A stretch of DNA of 64,000 nt, from positions 1-64,000 of the forward strand of contig CDMY01000228.1 in NCBI GenBank assembly GCA_001179505.1. The letters run 5' to 3'. The notes beneath the pieces are model-generated. The model was not told the origin of the DNA. It worked only from the letters and a program-made list of their open reading frames with translations, and searched no databases. Every line of letters starts with the position of its first letter. Position 1 is the first letter of the stretch. A program made the translations under genes and the position numbers. This document shows positions 36,413-50,045 of the stretch, in pieces. Source of the stretch: Vitrella brassicaformis CCMP3155. Taxonomy: Eukaryota > Protista > Chromerida.

Positions 36413-39400
36413 GGTGGTGTGGCGGTCGCTGATGCATCACCTCAAGCTCAGCGAGGAGAACGTCAAGGTGGATGCCATCCACCAGCCCTCGCACAAGCGG
36501 TTCCTCCTCAACAGAGTCGTCCGGCTGCCCATGCATGGCGACATACAGGTGTCTGGACACCTTATGCTGGAAGGCCGATATTCGATGGATGCATCATCTG
36601 CACACTTGTACTTGGCTTCTGTCTGCAATGACTGCAGTTGGCTGGTGTCGGCGAGGCGCCTTACACGAAGGAGAGCAACGCTCCCCCCATGAACCAGATC
36701 TGGCCAAATTCGCCGCTCCTTCCGCCAATGTGCACCGATAGCGTCCCTTTGCCTTCATTCAAGACTGGTCGGCCGGCGGGCGATGAAAGATCCGTCCGTC
36801 ATGCACTCACTGACGCCAAGCTATGTGTGTGTGTCCGTGTGTGTCTGTCAGCCTGGGACCGGTCTGTCCGTGAGGTGATCCGAGATGCACTGAGAAAGGG
36901 TCCGCCAACGGGCGGGAAGAACGGCTGGCGAGGATACATACTATTACCTGCCCGTCTTCTGTCTGCAGATGTGTTGCGTGCGGATGCGTTGGCCCCGCTG
37001 CCTTCGGAACTGCGGAAAGCTGTCACAGAACTCACTTCCCAACAGGTGTGTAGAGGGAAACACACACTGGCGTCGGGAATGTGTCGAGTGCTGTGTGTAT
37101 ACCATACGGCAGGGTGGTGACCATCGGATGGGCGTTCGGCAGCTGGTTGACGGCTGGTATCAGGCCATGGACGTGGATCACCCCGCGGCGAGACGCACAC
37201 TCATTCAGCACTTCCCGCCACCCAAATGGACGCGCCAACGCGGTGGGTGACTATGGGAGGGACGATCAAAGGCGGACCTTGTGCAGCTCTGTGTGTGTGT
37301 TGTGTTGTGTTGTGTTGTCTTCTGTGTGTCAGGGATGTGTGTGCCGATCGATGTGTATCGGCAGTGTGCTGTGGGGCCTGCCCTGAGGCCGCACGCAGCC
37401 TGGGACGTAGGACAGACCGCTCACTCACTCACACAACATCTCAACATCTACATCTACACCGTCATCTATCTCACCCCTTGTCAGGCGCTGGACCATCTGG
37501 AGCGGAACATCGACATCGAGCCGCAGGAAGACATATCGGAGACGTTCATGCCCACACGGCCACCCGGTGCCGCTTCCGGTGCCGGTGGCCATCGTGGGGT
37601 GGTGAGGGAAGGGTCAAGGGAACTGGGGACGGGCAAGGGAAGGGGCGACGAATCTGGCCCAGGAATGGAGTATTATAGGTAGGTCAGTTTGAGCCAATGA
37701 CCAAGGCCACCCGGCATGTATGTATGTGCACATGTGCGCGTCAATCAGGAGGTCGCTTGTCACTCTCGAGAGGGAGCGGGCCTCACACATCATCGATGTA
37801 AGTCAGTCAGCAAGTGCGGACGACACGACCCCTCAGCGGTCACTTTTCCTGCGTCCTTGCCTGTCTGCGCGTCGCGTTGGTTGGCAGACGTACTATGCGT
37901 TGCTGAGCGACCCCTATGAGGGCCACGAGCTGGTCCGCAGCGCGTCCTTCAAACAAAAGAGGGAAGCACGATTCATGGTCGAAGGTAGGGTGGGTGCATA
38001 GGAAGTCAGAACCCTCGCTGCATACAAGAGACAACCATGGGACCAAGCCTCTTGTGTGTCAGCTGACATGTCCCACGTGAGTCGCGATGACCTCTGCGTC
38101 CTCATACCGAGAGACGAGGTGTGCAGAGTGGACATGACGCAACCAACATCTGATCATGTATCTGATGTCATCCTCCTTCCTCTTGTATCTATCTGGTGTG
38201 TCTCGTATGGTCAGGACACGTCTCGCTTCGTGAGCGACGTTCGTCACATCCACGGAGACGCATTCGACTACAGGTAATACATACAAAGCCATCCATCCAT
38301 CCATCCTTCGTCCTTCTGCCTGCTCATCTCCTCAGCGCCGTTCACATCGCTCCACCCCATCCCCCCGCCCACGCGACCCCCAATGTGCGCCTGACATGTC
38401 TCGCCTGTGAGAAGCCCTTCGACCTTCCCCCATCACGCCTCCTCCAGCCAGAGCCCCTGCAGTGCCCCTCATGCGGCCACTCAAGCAGGCCCACAAGCGG
38501 CGTTCATCACGGAGGGGAGCAAGTGGGCCAGGGGGAGGGTGGGGTGAGTGGAGGCCGGAAGGAGAAATCAAGGCTTAGGGACGCTGAGACAAGGGTGGGT
38601 ATGCACGCTGAACAAGGAAGGCTGTCTGGTTGCCGTGGCAGACTGTGCCTGCGTCGTCTCGACAATGCAGGACGTGCGAGACCCTTACCGCTTCTGCAAA
38701 CGCGATGAGGTGAGGTGAGGTGAGACGACAATAAAACCCCTGCAAGCATCCCTTGCATTCTTATGCAACCTACCTCTCTCTGTCTCTTTCTCTCTCTGTT
38801 TTCCAACTGACAGGCGTGGGTTGGCCAGGTGGTCCGCATCCGTCAGGCCAACAAGATCTGCTTGCTGCAGCTCAAGGTCCACCCCATCCTCATCTCAGCC
38901 CAGGACCCCACCACCACCACCACCCCGTCCAGCGACCCCCACCCCCTGGCGGGCTCTGTGCCCGTGGAGCCCTCCTACTGGGTGGCCTGGCCGTCGGTCA
39001 TACCAAGGGTCTTCGATAGACAGCTCAGAGCACTCAGAAGAATCGCACTTTTCGGTATGTATGTGCGCCTCTGTGTGGGTCGATCCTTGCATGCACATGA
39101 CTGCATGTGCGTGTGTGTGTGGATGCTGGATGCTGGATGCTTTCGTTTTGTTTGCTAGGTGACGAGTATTGCTCTGAGTCGGTGCGGAAGCTTATTCTCT
39201 CCCCCTCGGGCAACCCTGTCGGACCGCTGCAGAAAGCGGCCGGGCGTGAGCCTGCTGGTGATGGTCTTGGTGGTGCTGGAGCTGGTGCTGGTGCTGGTGG
39301 CGATGAGATCCAATCCTGCTTCCCCGAGCTGAGCGCGGGACAGAGAGACGCAGGTAGGTAGGTACAGAGAGAGGTGTGATGCAGTAAGACTCCTAAGTAG

Positions 39401-42400
39401 GGAGATTATGCTGTGTGTTTGGCATCAGTGAGGAGTGCCCTGTCGTCTCGCGAGCCAATCTGCCTGATCCGGGGTGAGAAAAGAGGAAGGAGAAGCCGAG
39501 AAGGAACGGGCCGATTGTGGTCTGTCATGTGTGCAGGTCCTCCTGGCACGGGCAAGACCGCGACAGCAGCAGCCATTGTTGCAAGTATGTATCCACCAAA
39601 TGCACACACACACCACACAAACACACACACACACACGCAGGTGCAGAGAAAAGACGATTAGGAGTTTTCCCCTTCTATCTGTGTGTCTGTGTGTGTGTGC
39701 GTGTGTCTTAGTGTGGGCCACATCGGACCCAACGGACTGCTCGCCCATCTACGCCTGTGCCGGTAGGCAATCCAATGGAGGCACGGGTCCCGTTGTGTCT
39801 GTCATCCAGTTCGCCCCCTTCCCCTCCGCTCCACCCTCCTCATGTGCCACAGGCACCCATGCGGCCGTGGCGCAGCTGAAGCGGCACCTGCTGCGTTGGG
39901 GCATTCGCCCCAGCAACCCACGCGACCACATCAGCAGCAGCCACAGCCGTGACACCGCGACCGCCAGCTCTGCGGATGAGGCGGCGGAGAATCCTGAGCC
40001 TGATGGCGATAGCGTTGGTGGGGATGGCGAGGAGGGTGAAGCAATAAGCGATGGGGAGGGTGCTAGAGGGGGTGAGAGTGGGGGCGACTCGGATGGTGCT
40101 GGAGGAGAGTGCGGAGGAGGGGGCGGGAGGCGGCAGCACGCACATGTGTTTGTGCAGACTGTGTACCAGGTAGATAGATCAGTTACACTGGCATGCCATG
40201 CCTGACGACGCCATGAGAAGGGATGTACGTATGTGTTGTTCTGTGGGTGGTCAATCAACAATTCATTCAGGCGTCCATCTTTGCGCGTCGGGAGCTGCCC
40301 CGCGTGCTCATCGACGAAAGCACTCAGATATCGGGTCAGTCAGCTAGCTGAGATGGGACAACACACACGACACGACCCTTCATGAGCCTGCTTGCCTCAT
40401 CCACTGTGGGTGGATGGATGGATGGATGCTTGTCTCTTGTCTGTGGTTGTGGGTGCGGTGCCGACGGGTGAGTGAAGAGTACGCGGCGCTGATCCCCCTG
40501 GCACAGAGGTGCCGGAAGCTGCTGCTCATCGGAGGTAGGCAGGCCAGCATCAAGACACTGTCCTGTGTGTGTGGTGTGGAAAGACGTGTGTGGCCGATGC
40601 TGCTGCTCCTGCGGTGCAGACCCTGCCCAGTTGCCCCCCCTCTCGCCTCTGAACAAGGTAGACAGGGCGGTTCGGTCGGCACAGATGGATTGGATGGATG
40701 TGCTGCTGCACATGATATGTGCGCATATATATGATCCATGTTGTGTGTGGTGTGGTGTGTCGTCTTCAGCAAGTGTACGGCGAGCGCCACGAGCCCGTCA
40801 CCAGCCTGTTCGATAAACTGCAAAAGCAGGGTAAGGGAAGGTAAGCTAAGACAAGACAGATGCCAAGCCCGTGCCAACCATCCACAGCACAGCACACAAG
40901 AGACGTCCCTCGCTCATGCCTGCCTCTGCACTGCACGCCTCTATGCTGTGCACTCCACGTGTGTGTCAGGTCTGCGGCCGGTGTCTCTGACGGTTCAACA
41001 CCGGATGCCGCCCGTCATCTGCTCCTTCCTCTCCAAGCACTTCTACAGAGGCAACCTGCACACCGACTCCCTCCTCGCCAACAACCCCCCACCACTCCCA
41101 AGCGGCTTCCCGTGGGCCCGGTCGGCCGACGACCCCTCTCTCCCGATGCCCGTGCTCTTCATCGACACACATGGGGGCGGGTATCTGGAGGAGCTGAGAG
41201 ACCGCTCGCTCATGAACCCACTGTGTGTACTGTCTGTATGCTGGAAGGGAGGCGGACACAGCGCGTGTCAGTCAGCATATATTGGTTTGTGTGGTGTGGT
41301 GTGGTCAGTGAGTCGAGTGTGTGTGCAGCCGTGGTGCGGCGCTTGCAGCAGCTGGGGGTGCCCGCCAGCGAAATCGGTGAGTGACGCACGCGATGCGATG
41401 CGATGCGCAGAGAGACACAGAAGGGTGCGCAGAGAGAGTGGCTGGAGACTGTTTGATTTGGGCAGGTGTGATAACGCCCTACGACTCGCACAAGCGGCTG
41501 CTCAAGAGGGCCATACACGGAATGGTACACACACACACACACACTCATGCACGATTGCAGGCGTCCGTCACTCACCTCACGGTGTCTTGTCTGTGTGTGC
41601 TTCCTTCTACGTGTGTGTGTGTGTTGTTGGGCCTGCAGGAGGGCGGCATCGTCAGCCGTCGGGTGGCTTTCCTTTCGCAGGCAGGCAACCAACGCTAAGC
41701 CACACACAACGAACGCCAGCCACGTGTCAGACATGACATCCATCATGCCTGTGTCGTTGCGTGTCTCTGGCTGTGTCCCCCCTCCCCTCAGCTGGATTTG
41801 CTTGAGTTGGAGCCCCACCCACACGTTCTCACCGTAGACGGCTTCCAGGTGGAGTACCTACCTAGCTCACTCACATGAAGACCAATGCGTCACAGTGCCG
41901 GATGAGTGGATGGATGGATGGATGGATACGCCTCTCTCTGTCTGTCAGGGGTCTGAGCGCGACTTCATTGTCTTCAGTGCCGTCAGGTCTAACCTACAGG
42001 TACAACGCGGCTGACTGACTGACTGACAACATTCGACAGACAGAATCATCTTTCGGTCGAATCTGTGTGTCGGGGGGCTGTGCGGTGTGCCGCAGGCGTC
42101 TCTCGGGTTCCTCAAGGACGAGAGGCGCATGTGCGTGGCGCTGTCGCGTTGCAAACGAGGTGAGGCACCACTCACCACCAACACACAACACACGTCCGTC
42201 CTCGAGATGTATGTATGTCTTTCGGGCCGTCGGTTGTCTGTCAGCGTTGATAATGGTGGGCGACTCCAAGACACTCAGCTCACACCCCATCTGGCAGGTG
42301 GGCGACAGACACACAGGGCTGGTTCTAGGCTCCATATCACTCATTTGTGCGTGCACCGTGACCCACCTAGGAGTGGGTGGCGTACGTGGACTCGCTGGGC

Positions 42401-42499
42401 TGCCGGGTGTCTTACGGCACCTTCATGAGGCAGCTCCACCAAGCACACCACACACACGGGCAGGGATCGATGAGTGTGTGCAGGAGTAGTGTAGTGTAG
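36396..42499 (+). CDS. Superfamily 1B RNA/DNA helicase, UPF1/NAM7/SETX-like (AAA_11 + AAA_12), long divergent N-terminus, many exons
   Basis: Walker A GPPGTGKTATAAAIV; Walker B VLIDESTQ; LIGDPAQLPP; LTVQHRMPPVICSFLSKHFYRGNL; IGVITPY; VHTVDGFQGSERDFIVFSAVRSN; GFLKDERRMCVALSRCKRG; LIMVGDSKTL. N-terminal CxxC..CxxC knuckle (CLACEKP..CPSCGH). Linkage of the first exons is inferred. Confidence 0.88.
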
Positions 42500-42745
42500 T
42501 GTGTAGGCCGAGACGGACAGACGGATGATTGCGTGTGCCTTGCTGTCTATTGCTGTCCCGTCCCCCTCGACCATTTCTATTGCTGTCCTGATATCTGTGA
42601 CAAACAAGGCGCGACAGACCATGTTCGTAGAAGAGTCCACTTTCTCAGCCGTTTTGGCCGCCTAGGGTGCTGCCTGAAACCGCTGCTGCTTTGAGAGAGC
42701 TCCCTTCTCCCAGTGGGGAAGAGGCGGGTGTTCCGAGGGCATTTT

Positions 42746-45700
42746 ATGATGATGTTGTTCTTGATCTCCCTCCTCCTCCTTACAGCAAATGGACACGCAG
42801 GTAACCAACCACACCGACCGTCACTCCATTCATTCGTCAACACCCTTCTGCTTTGCAGGGCGGCCATCGGCCGGTTTGGAGGCTATCCGGGAGCTGAAGC
42901 AAGCTGCTCTCTCGGTGTGCGAGGGGAAAGGCAGCACGTTCAATGCAAGTTTGGACGTGCATTTGTCGTGTGAAATTTGTGTGAAATCCTCTGTTTGTCG
43001 CCTTCAGGGGGATACAGTGTTGGCGCAGCGAATGCTGCACGAGGGCGCCGATCCCAATGAGGGCAGGCCCGACAACAAGACGTCACTCATGTGGGCGATT
43101 GATGGCACTCTGCCGTGGAAGATGGTCAAGGTGCTGCTGCCCTACGTGACCGACCTGGATGTGCGAGATGAAAGATGGATGTCGGCTCTGCACTACGGGG
43201 CCATCAAGGGAGACGACGGTGTGGTGAGGGCGCTTCTCAATGCGACAGGAAACGTGAGGGGCGATGCGCGGCTGCCGGACGTCAATGGACGGGACAGCAA
43301 CGGAGCCACGCCTCTGTTACTTGCTGTGAACCACGGTGACTTCCCTGACGTCGTCCAGACTCTCCTGGACCACGGTAGGAGGGGGAGGGGGATACCACGG
43401 GCAACAAAGCCGTGTTGCGTTCTCTCGAGTGTGTTAGGTGCCGATATAGAGGCGCAAGGATTCGTTTCTTTCTCGTCCAATATTGCTGTCAGTCCACTCA
43501 TCGAAGCTGCTTCGCAGGTGCGACACTTTCACAATGCACGACCAACATGGAAGGCAGCTGCTTCGACCTTTTGATGCTTGCAGGGGCGCGTGGAGAGTGT
43601 GCAGCTGTTGTTGAAGAATGGAGCGGACATAAACCGAGGCGGCGGAGAGCAGATCACGCCATTGATGGTAGGGAGCTCTTGCAGATGCGCATGGGGGCTC
43701 GCGTGCAATCTGGACCATAAGCCCCAGATTGTGAAGATGCTGCTTGACCAAGGAGCCGACATTCACGCCCGTAACAACATTGGATGGCAGCCTCTTCACT
43801 ACGCTGCGAGAAGGTAACAAAAAACGCCTCCTGATACGTGGTCATGCCTCTCTGCTGGCTGGCTCTCTTCGGCTGTGCAGGGGCTGCGATGAGCACGTGG
43901 GCATTCTCATGGTTAAAGCATCTGCCGACCCCCTGATTCCCGCGAAGGATGGCCAGGCGCCCGCTGAAGTGGCACATAGCGGGGTAGGCTAAACAACTGT
44001 CACTTTCCCTTGCGCGTGCCACCGCCTGTCGATTAAAATGTGTGCAGGGTTATCACGCTCTCGCGAAGCGCTTGAGGGACTATGAAGACCGCAAGTGCAA
44101 GTAGCCGGCAACCACGTCGGTGAGCAAAACGATCATCTTGCATGTGTAGAGAGGATTCGCGCGATGCTGGATGCCACTGACGAGTCAACAAACGGCTCTG
44201 TGAGCAGTGTGGACCTCGCCATGGGACTCAAACGTGCTGCTTTCCACGTAAACCGGGTGTCTCGGGAAATGACAGAGCCTTGTCAACTCGATACTTGGCA
44301 TTCTTGTGTTGTCAGGGCAATAGCCTTCTCGTGTCCCTCTTGTTGGATGAGGGAGCGGATCGGAATGAGCGTCAGCCCGATAACAGGACAGCCCTCATCT
44401 GGGCGGTAAAAGGCGCGAGCCCCCTGCAGATGGTGCAGCTGTTGCTGCCTCACATGCGAGCCATCGACGACGTTGACGGCGAATCCAAGTCGGCCCTCCA
44501 CTATGCTGCGATGACGGGTGACGCTGCGGTCGTCAGGGCCCTGTTGGAGGCAGCCAGCGCTAGCCGAAGGGCTCTTGACGTGAATGGCCTCGACAACCAA
44601 TGGCAGACTCCGATGTTCCTCGCCGTCTACAATGGCGACTGGCCAGATGTCGTGGAAACACTCATAGAGTTCGGTGAGTGGCCAAGGCAGGATGCAGCCG
44701 CACTTCACCTCCGTTATATCCTGTCCTCGTTTGGGCGATTCAGGTGCACACGTGAATGAAACGCGTTTGGTGCCCCTCCTCGCGGCTGCCTCGAAGCGTC
44801 ACGTTGGTGCAGTGGAGGTGTTGCTCCGACACGGAGCGGACCCAAATGCAGGGGAGTACGTAGACGTTGCTGGGGGTGAATGGACGCTGCTGCAGCATGC
44901 CTGCACGTGCACCTGCGGCAACAGCCCGATCAGCAAGGAGCTGTACCTCATCCACTCCATGTACGAGTGTGACGAGCGCCACAGCAGAATGCTTATGCTG
45001 GCCCTCTCATACGGAGCAGATGTCAATGGTGTCGGATATGAAAAATTCACTGCACTCCATCTAGCTGCGTTGGGGTGAGCTAAGAAACACCCCGCTCACA
45101 CACTTGGGTGGATGCGTGTGTGTGTGTGTGTTGTCTTGTGCGTGTCTCTTTCATGCAGGGGGTGCTCTCGCGCTGTCACGACGCTACTCAAGGCATCTGC
45201 AGATCCGACAATCGTTTCAAATCTCAATGGACGCACGCCAGCTGGCGACGCTTTCGAAGAGGTAGGCAGGCCGTGCTGTACAGGAGCTGCGCAGCTCGCC
45301 CCGAAGGGATGGTACTGACTGCATGGCTACCTGTCTGCAGGGTCACATTCTTCTTGGATGGCATCTCAGATACCACGAATGTGAGCCAAAAGAAGAGGAG
45401 AGGAACGTCATGCGTGTGGTGGACCGCTTTCTCTCTCTGCATTCGCTGTCTGCAGACAAGACTCACCTCATTCGGTTCTTCTCCTCGCCATGGTCTGTGG
45501 CTCTGGTGCTCTGCTGTGTTGTGATCCTGCTGCTGGCCAATCGGCGGGTGCGTCGCCGTCTGCTCTTCGCCACCAGATGGCTCAATGAAAAGCTAAAGGA
45601 AAAGCTCCTGCATCGTCTGAAGGCGTCTCAAGAAAGTGAGAAAGGAACAAACCAATAGGGAATGTTACAAGGTCTTCATGGTGGGTCTGTCTGTGGTTTG

Positions 45701-47301
45701 CTGGCACCACTTCAGCGGGCACACAGCGCCTCAGCAAGCGTGACAAGAACAGACTGAAGAAGGGCCGTCCTGAGGACAAGAAGGAAGGCTCACGAATTGA
45801 AGAGAGGCGCCCAGACGCCGATACCGCAGAGAGCACCATCGAGTCGGTGGCAGCAACCATCGTTCAAGAAGCACTGTCTCACTGTTTCGTCTGGTGGGCT
45901 GCAGTGACGCTGTGGATGAGAAGGACGCCACACGAGCCACAGCGAGGCCGGCAGACGCCGATCCCACCGAAAGCGAAGCCAGGTGGGTGACAGCCACCAC
46001 AGCCACCAGTCCCGCATAAGAAACCATGTCTCTGCCATGTGTGTCTGATGATGAATTAGTCGCAGATATGGAGAGGTTGTCAAGCGCTGGGAGGAGAAGT
46101 ATTCGGCGGCCATCCGCGAGCGCAACGAAGCCCGAGAGGCGCTCAGACAGACAGAGATCACCCTGAATGCCGAACGCAATAAGTGAGAAGAACCAACCAG
46201 CAGAGAACAGGAGACTACACTTGTACGTGTGGTGCAGGGGAGAGTCTGACCGACAGAAGGTCAAGTCGCTCAACACGTCGCTGCAGCAGGCGAAGCAAGA
46301 ATGCACCAAAGCCCAGAAGGAGGCCAAGCAGCTCAGTACCAAGTAAGAGTATTGACGAGGTGCAGCTGCATCAACCGTATGTTCTCTGGGTCTGGCGCAG
46401 GTTAGAGAAGCAGCTAGAGGTGGCCAACAGGGAGAAGGCCAGCAAGGGCGAGACCATAGCTGCCGCCCAGCGACAGGCCCACACCCTCAGTGACGAAAAG
46501 AGCAGGTGAGCGGCCATCCAGCCACACAAGGCACCGCTCAGCCACATGCCGACTGGTTTCCCTCACAGGATGAAGGCTCGCCTGGACGGCACCGTGAAAG
46601 AGAGGGACGCCGCACACAAGAAGATCCGCGAGTAGGCGGCGGGATGAAAGGGTCACAGATTTCGTGTTTCTCTATTGTCTGTGTGTGTGCAGGTTAGAGG
46701 CATCTGTCCGCGAGCTGCAGGCAGACGTGGGCTGCCTCGACTCTGCTAGCATCGACAGGTGGGCGCCACTTAAAGAACGAAAAGCCAACGCGTCGCTGGC
46801 CTGTCTCTCGTTATGCATGCCTTTGTCATCAGGTTGTCTGCTGACCGGCTCGAGCACACCGACCAGGAGGGCATCCACAGTCTGCAGAACGACATCCAGG
46901 AGGCCCTGCAGCAGCTGGCGTCTGCTCGCGACCGGCTGATGGGCCGATTGGCCGGCGTGTCTGACCAGGAGCGGCAGCTGCGTGAGCTCGAGGTGCAGGC
47001 CAAGAGGAAGGCCGATGACCTGCAGAAGTGTGTGGTCTGTTTGGACGAGCGCGCCACCATTGTGCTGAGTCCCTGCCGCCACATGTGTCTGGGCGAGAGC
47101 GCAAGTACCGCAAGAGAGAGTGCCCCATGTGCCGCAAACCTTTTGACCGCGACAGGTCGGGAGCCGTCTACACATCGTAGCTATATGCAGCTGAGGGGGG
47201 TGGGTGAGTGAGTCGGGTGCCTGGGGTGCGCTGTGTGCGTGTGGATGGCGGTGTATGAATGCGTGTAGTGTGCCATTTGTGGCTTTATAGACAAGTCATG
47301 A
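42746..47301 (+). CDS. Signal peptide + two ankyrin modules + TM + coiled coil + RING-like domain (receptor-like E3 architecture); could be two genes
   Basis: MMMLFLISLLLLTANGHAG leader; ANK motifs SALHYGAIKG, ATPLLLAV, WQPLHYAA, SALHYAAMTG; TM WSVALVLCCVVILLLA followed by NRRVRRR; heptad region; CVVCLDERATIVLSPCRHMC. Confidence 0.7.
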
Positions 47302-47792
47302 ATGTGTGGGCAGGGCCGGTAAGTAGCTCTTGCAGGTATACAGTGCATGTGTCGGGTGGTGCGTGTACAGTGCATGTGTCGGGTGGTTTGCATGGCTTGT
47401 GTGTACAGTTCACTGAATGCGTGCATGTGTGCAGTGTGCCATCTGTGGCTTTATATACTGTGCAGGTGTTGATTAGATCTAGATTAGTATATATGGCGCC
47501 GCCTTCTTTTGCTTAGGCATCTTTGTATGTGTGTGCGTATATGTTTGTCCAGCCGTCTGCCTATTGTTCTGGCCAAGTCGGACACAAGATCTGGCCATTT
47601 CGCAAGCAGACTGTATCCGTGAGCATCAATGCGGTTCATGTGCCGGTGCATTCGTCCATGGACAGCACCACACACAAGACATGCCCACACAGCACCCACC
47701 ATGCAACAACAAATGCAGCTGGACATGTCGTGTGTGCGTATATACATGTCTACACCGATGTGGAGAGCTCCGTATGTGTGTGTGCCGGCGGT

Positions 47793-47848
47793 CTATTTCT
47801 TTGCAAAGAAGTCGGTCATCTTCTTCATCCCCTTCACATCTGCACACA

Positions 47849-47885
<37 letters not shown>

Positions 47886-49879
47886 GGAAGGCATAAAATG
47901 CATTGAGACACGACAGCCTCTCTCAATGCACATGACATTATACCTCTCGGGTTGGCGGCTTTCGGTTTGGCTTTCGGCTTCGGCTTGGCCGCCTTGACAC
48001 ACACACGCACATCGATACAAGCAGCCGTCGGTCGTCTGCCTGAGCGTCATCATGTGTATCTGCCTCGCCTTTTGTTTGGGTGCTGGGGGTGCTGCTGCAG
48101 CAGCGGCAGGCGGCTTGCCGAGGTCACTCTTGGGGCCCTCGTCGATCCTGACAAAGCCGTGTGAACAGTGGCGAGGGAAGGAAGCAGACCCACGCCCACA
48201 CATGTGGTTTACTTGAGTATGTCAGCTACGATCTGTCTGAGTTGGGGCTCCAGCTGGGCCCTCGCCAACTCCGAAGCCACACCTCGCAATGCACCTTCAC
48301 ACACACACGACACAGATGAGCAGAGAGAGACAGGGAGGGTATGTCGTCCTAGGCAGCCCATTTGGCTAACTCGTGTTGATGTCGAATGTGTGTTCGCTCT
48401 GGGGGTCATCGCCGACGTCGTCGGCCGCAGACGCCACACTACTGCTGCACACCTCTGCACACACACACAGCAGAGAGAGAAAGAGACAAAGGAAGACGGG
48501 GGCTGTCTGTGTCTGTGTGTGTCCATCAAGCTGACCGTTGACGTAGAGGTTTTTGTCTTTGACCACCGCCATGATGCGATCCATCTGTGTCACACAGACA
48601 TTGACACACACCGCACATAAATCTGTGTGTGTGTGCCATTGCTGCTGACACACTTACTTTCTTCTGAATGAATTGGGCGAGTTTGTCATAGCTGAGCCGA
48701 ACCAACGGCACATCGTCACCATCAGGACCACCTGACACACACACACAGTGGGTGGATGGATGCCCCCCACCCCCTCCGCTCTCTCTGTCTTACCGGGGAT
48801 GGCGTCGCATATGAGTGCTATTCGGTGTCTGACGTCCTGTGTGCGCATCAGCTGCGCCATGACGGTGCGGCAGCCATTACCGCTCTCGTCAACGTAGTCA
48901 TAGCTATACCCCCCACCCCTGCCCTCCGCCGATCTGTCCGTCGGGCTGCCGCCCCCACCCTGTCCACTACTGCTGCTGCTGCCGACATCTTGGTGCTGCG
49001 ATGGGTGTGTGTGGCTGCTGCTGCTGCTGGCAGCCACGTTTGACGTGCGGTGGTCAGATGGCGGTGGGTCGAGTGTCTGTGTGAGGGGGCAATACCGACC
49101 GCTGCCCTGCTGACACACACACACACACAGGGAGGCTCCTATAGAGTTGCGTCGCTCCCTTACCTCTCCCCTGGCTCGTTTGCGCAGCGGAATGAACAGA
49201 AAGAGCGGATCGATGTGCGTCACCAAATGAAGCCGACCATCTGTGGGAACACACAACACACACATCCATCCATCAAGATGTGGCCCTCCCTCCCTGTCCC
49301 TCTGTGCGTACCAGCGATGAGTGTGTTGCCGACGAACATGGAGCACTCGCCCACCGCCCGGCGGCAGCTCACTACCTCCAGCACATCGACGGCAGCTGCT
49401 GCTGGGGTGTTGCCATCCCCATTCCCCCCTGTGTGCTGCTGTGGCTGGCGGATGACATACATGGCCGGTTTGCCGCAGCCGGGGTGCGGCAGACGCACCA
49501 CATGGTGGACCACACTCCCACCATCGCCGCCGCCATTGCCATGATTGTCGTCGATGAGGCAAACGCGGCATCGCTGCAGCACATCGGGATCTTCGTACGC
49601 CGCTGCTATAGGGGCTGCTACTGGCGTGTTGATGGCCGCACCGCCATGGGCATGGTGGCCTCCTCCTGCTGCTGCTGCCGGTGGTGGTGCCGGTGTGCTA
49701 CGGTTGGCTGCGGTGGTCAGATTGGGTGGCGGTGAGATGCAGATGTCAATGCCCTCGTGGGAAGGGCTGTGCATCATCATATCGGCCCTTTGCAGGCCCT
49801 GTCCGGGGCGGAGATTTACCACACTAAGCTCGCATTTCAGGAGGTGTGGGTACAGAGTCCAATCGTTGAGCTCATGCAT
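47793..49879 (-). CDS. RNASEH2B: Ribonuclease H2 subunit B
   Basis: VVRLPHPGCGKPAMYVI; SMFVGNTLIADGRLHLVTHIDPLFLFIP; LVRLSYDKLAQFIQKKM; C-terminal PIP-box-like GMKKMTDFFAKK*. True start may be the MMM near 49780. Confidence 0.85.
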
Positions 49880-50045
49880 GCCATGGGCTCCAGGCCGACG
49901 AAAAACTCAAGCTGCGCTCGAAACACACGTGCATCTGTATACGGTTCCTCACTCACTCATGAGACAGTCATCAACAGTCGCCTCATGCACTGCACGTCCT
50001 CATTCCTCAAACCAACCACACTCCTAGCACCGCCTGCCTACTCAT

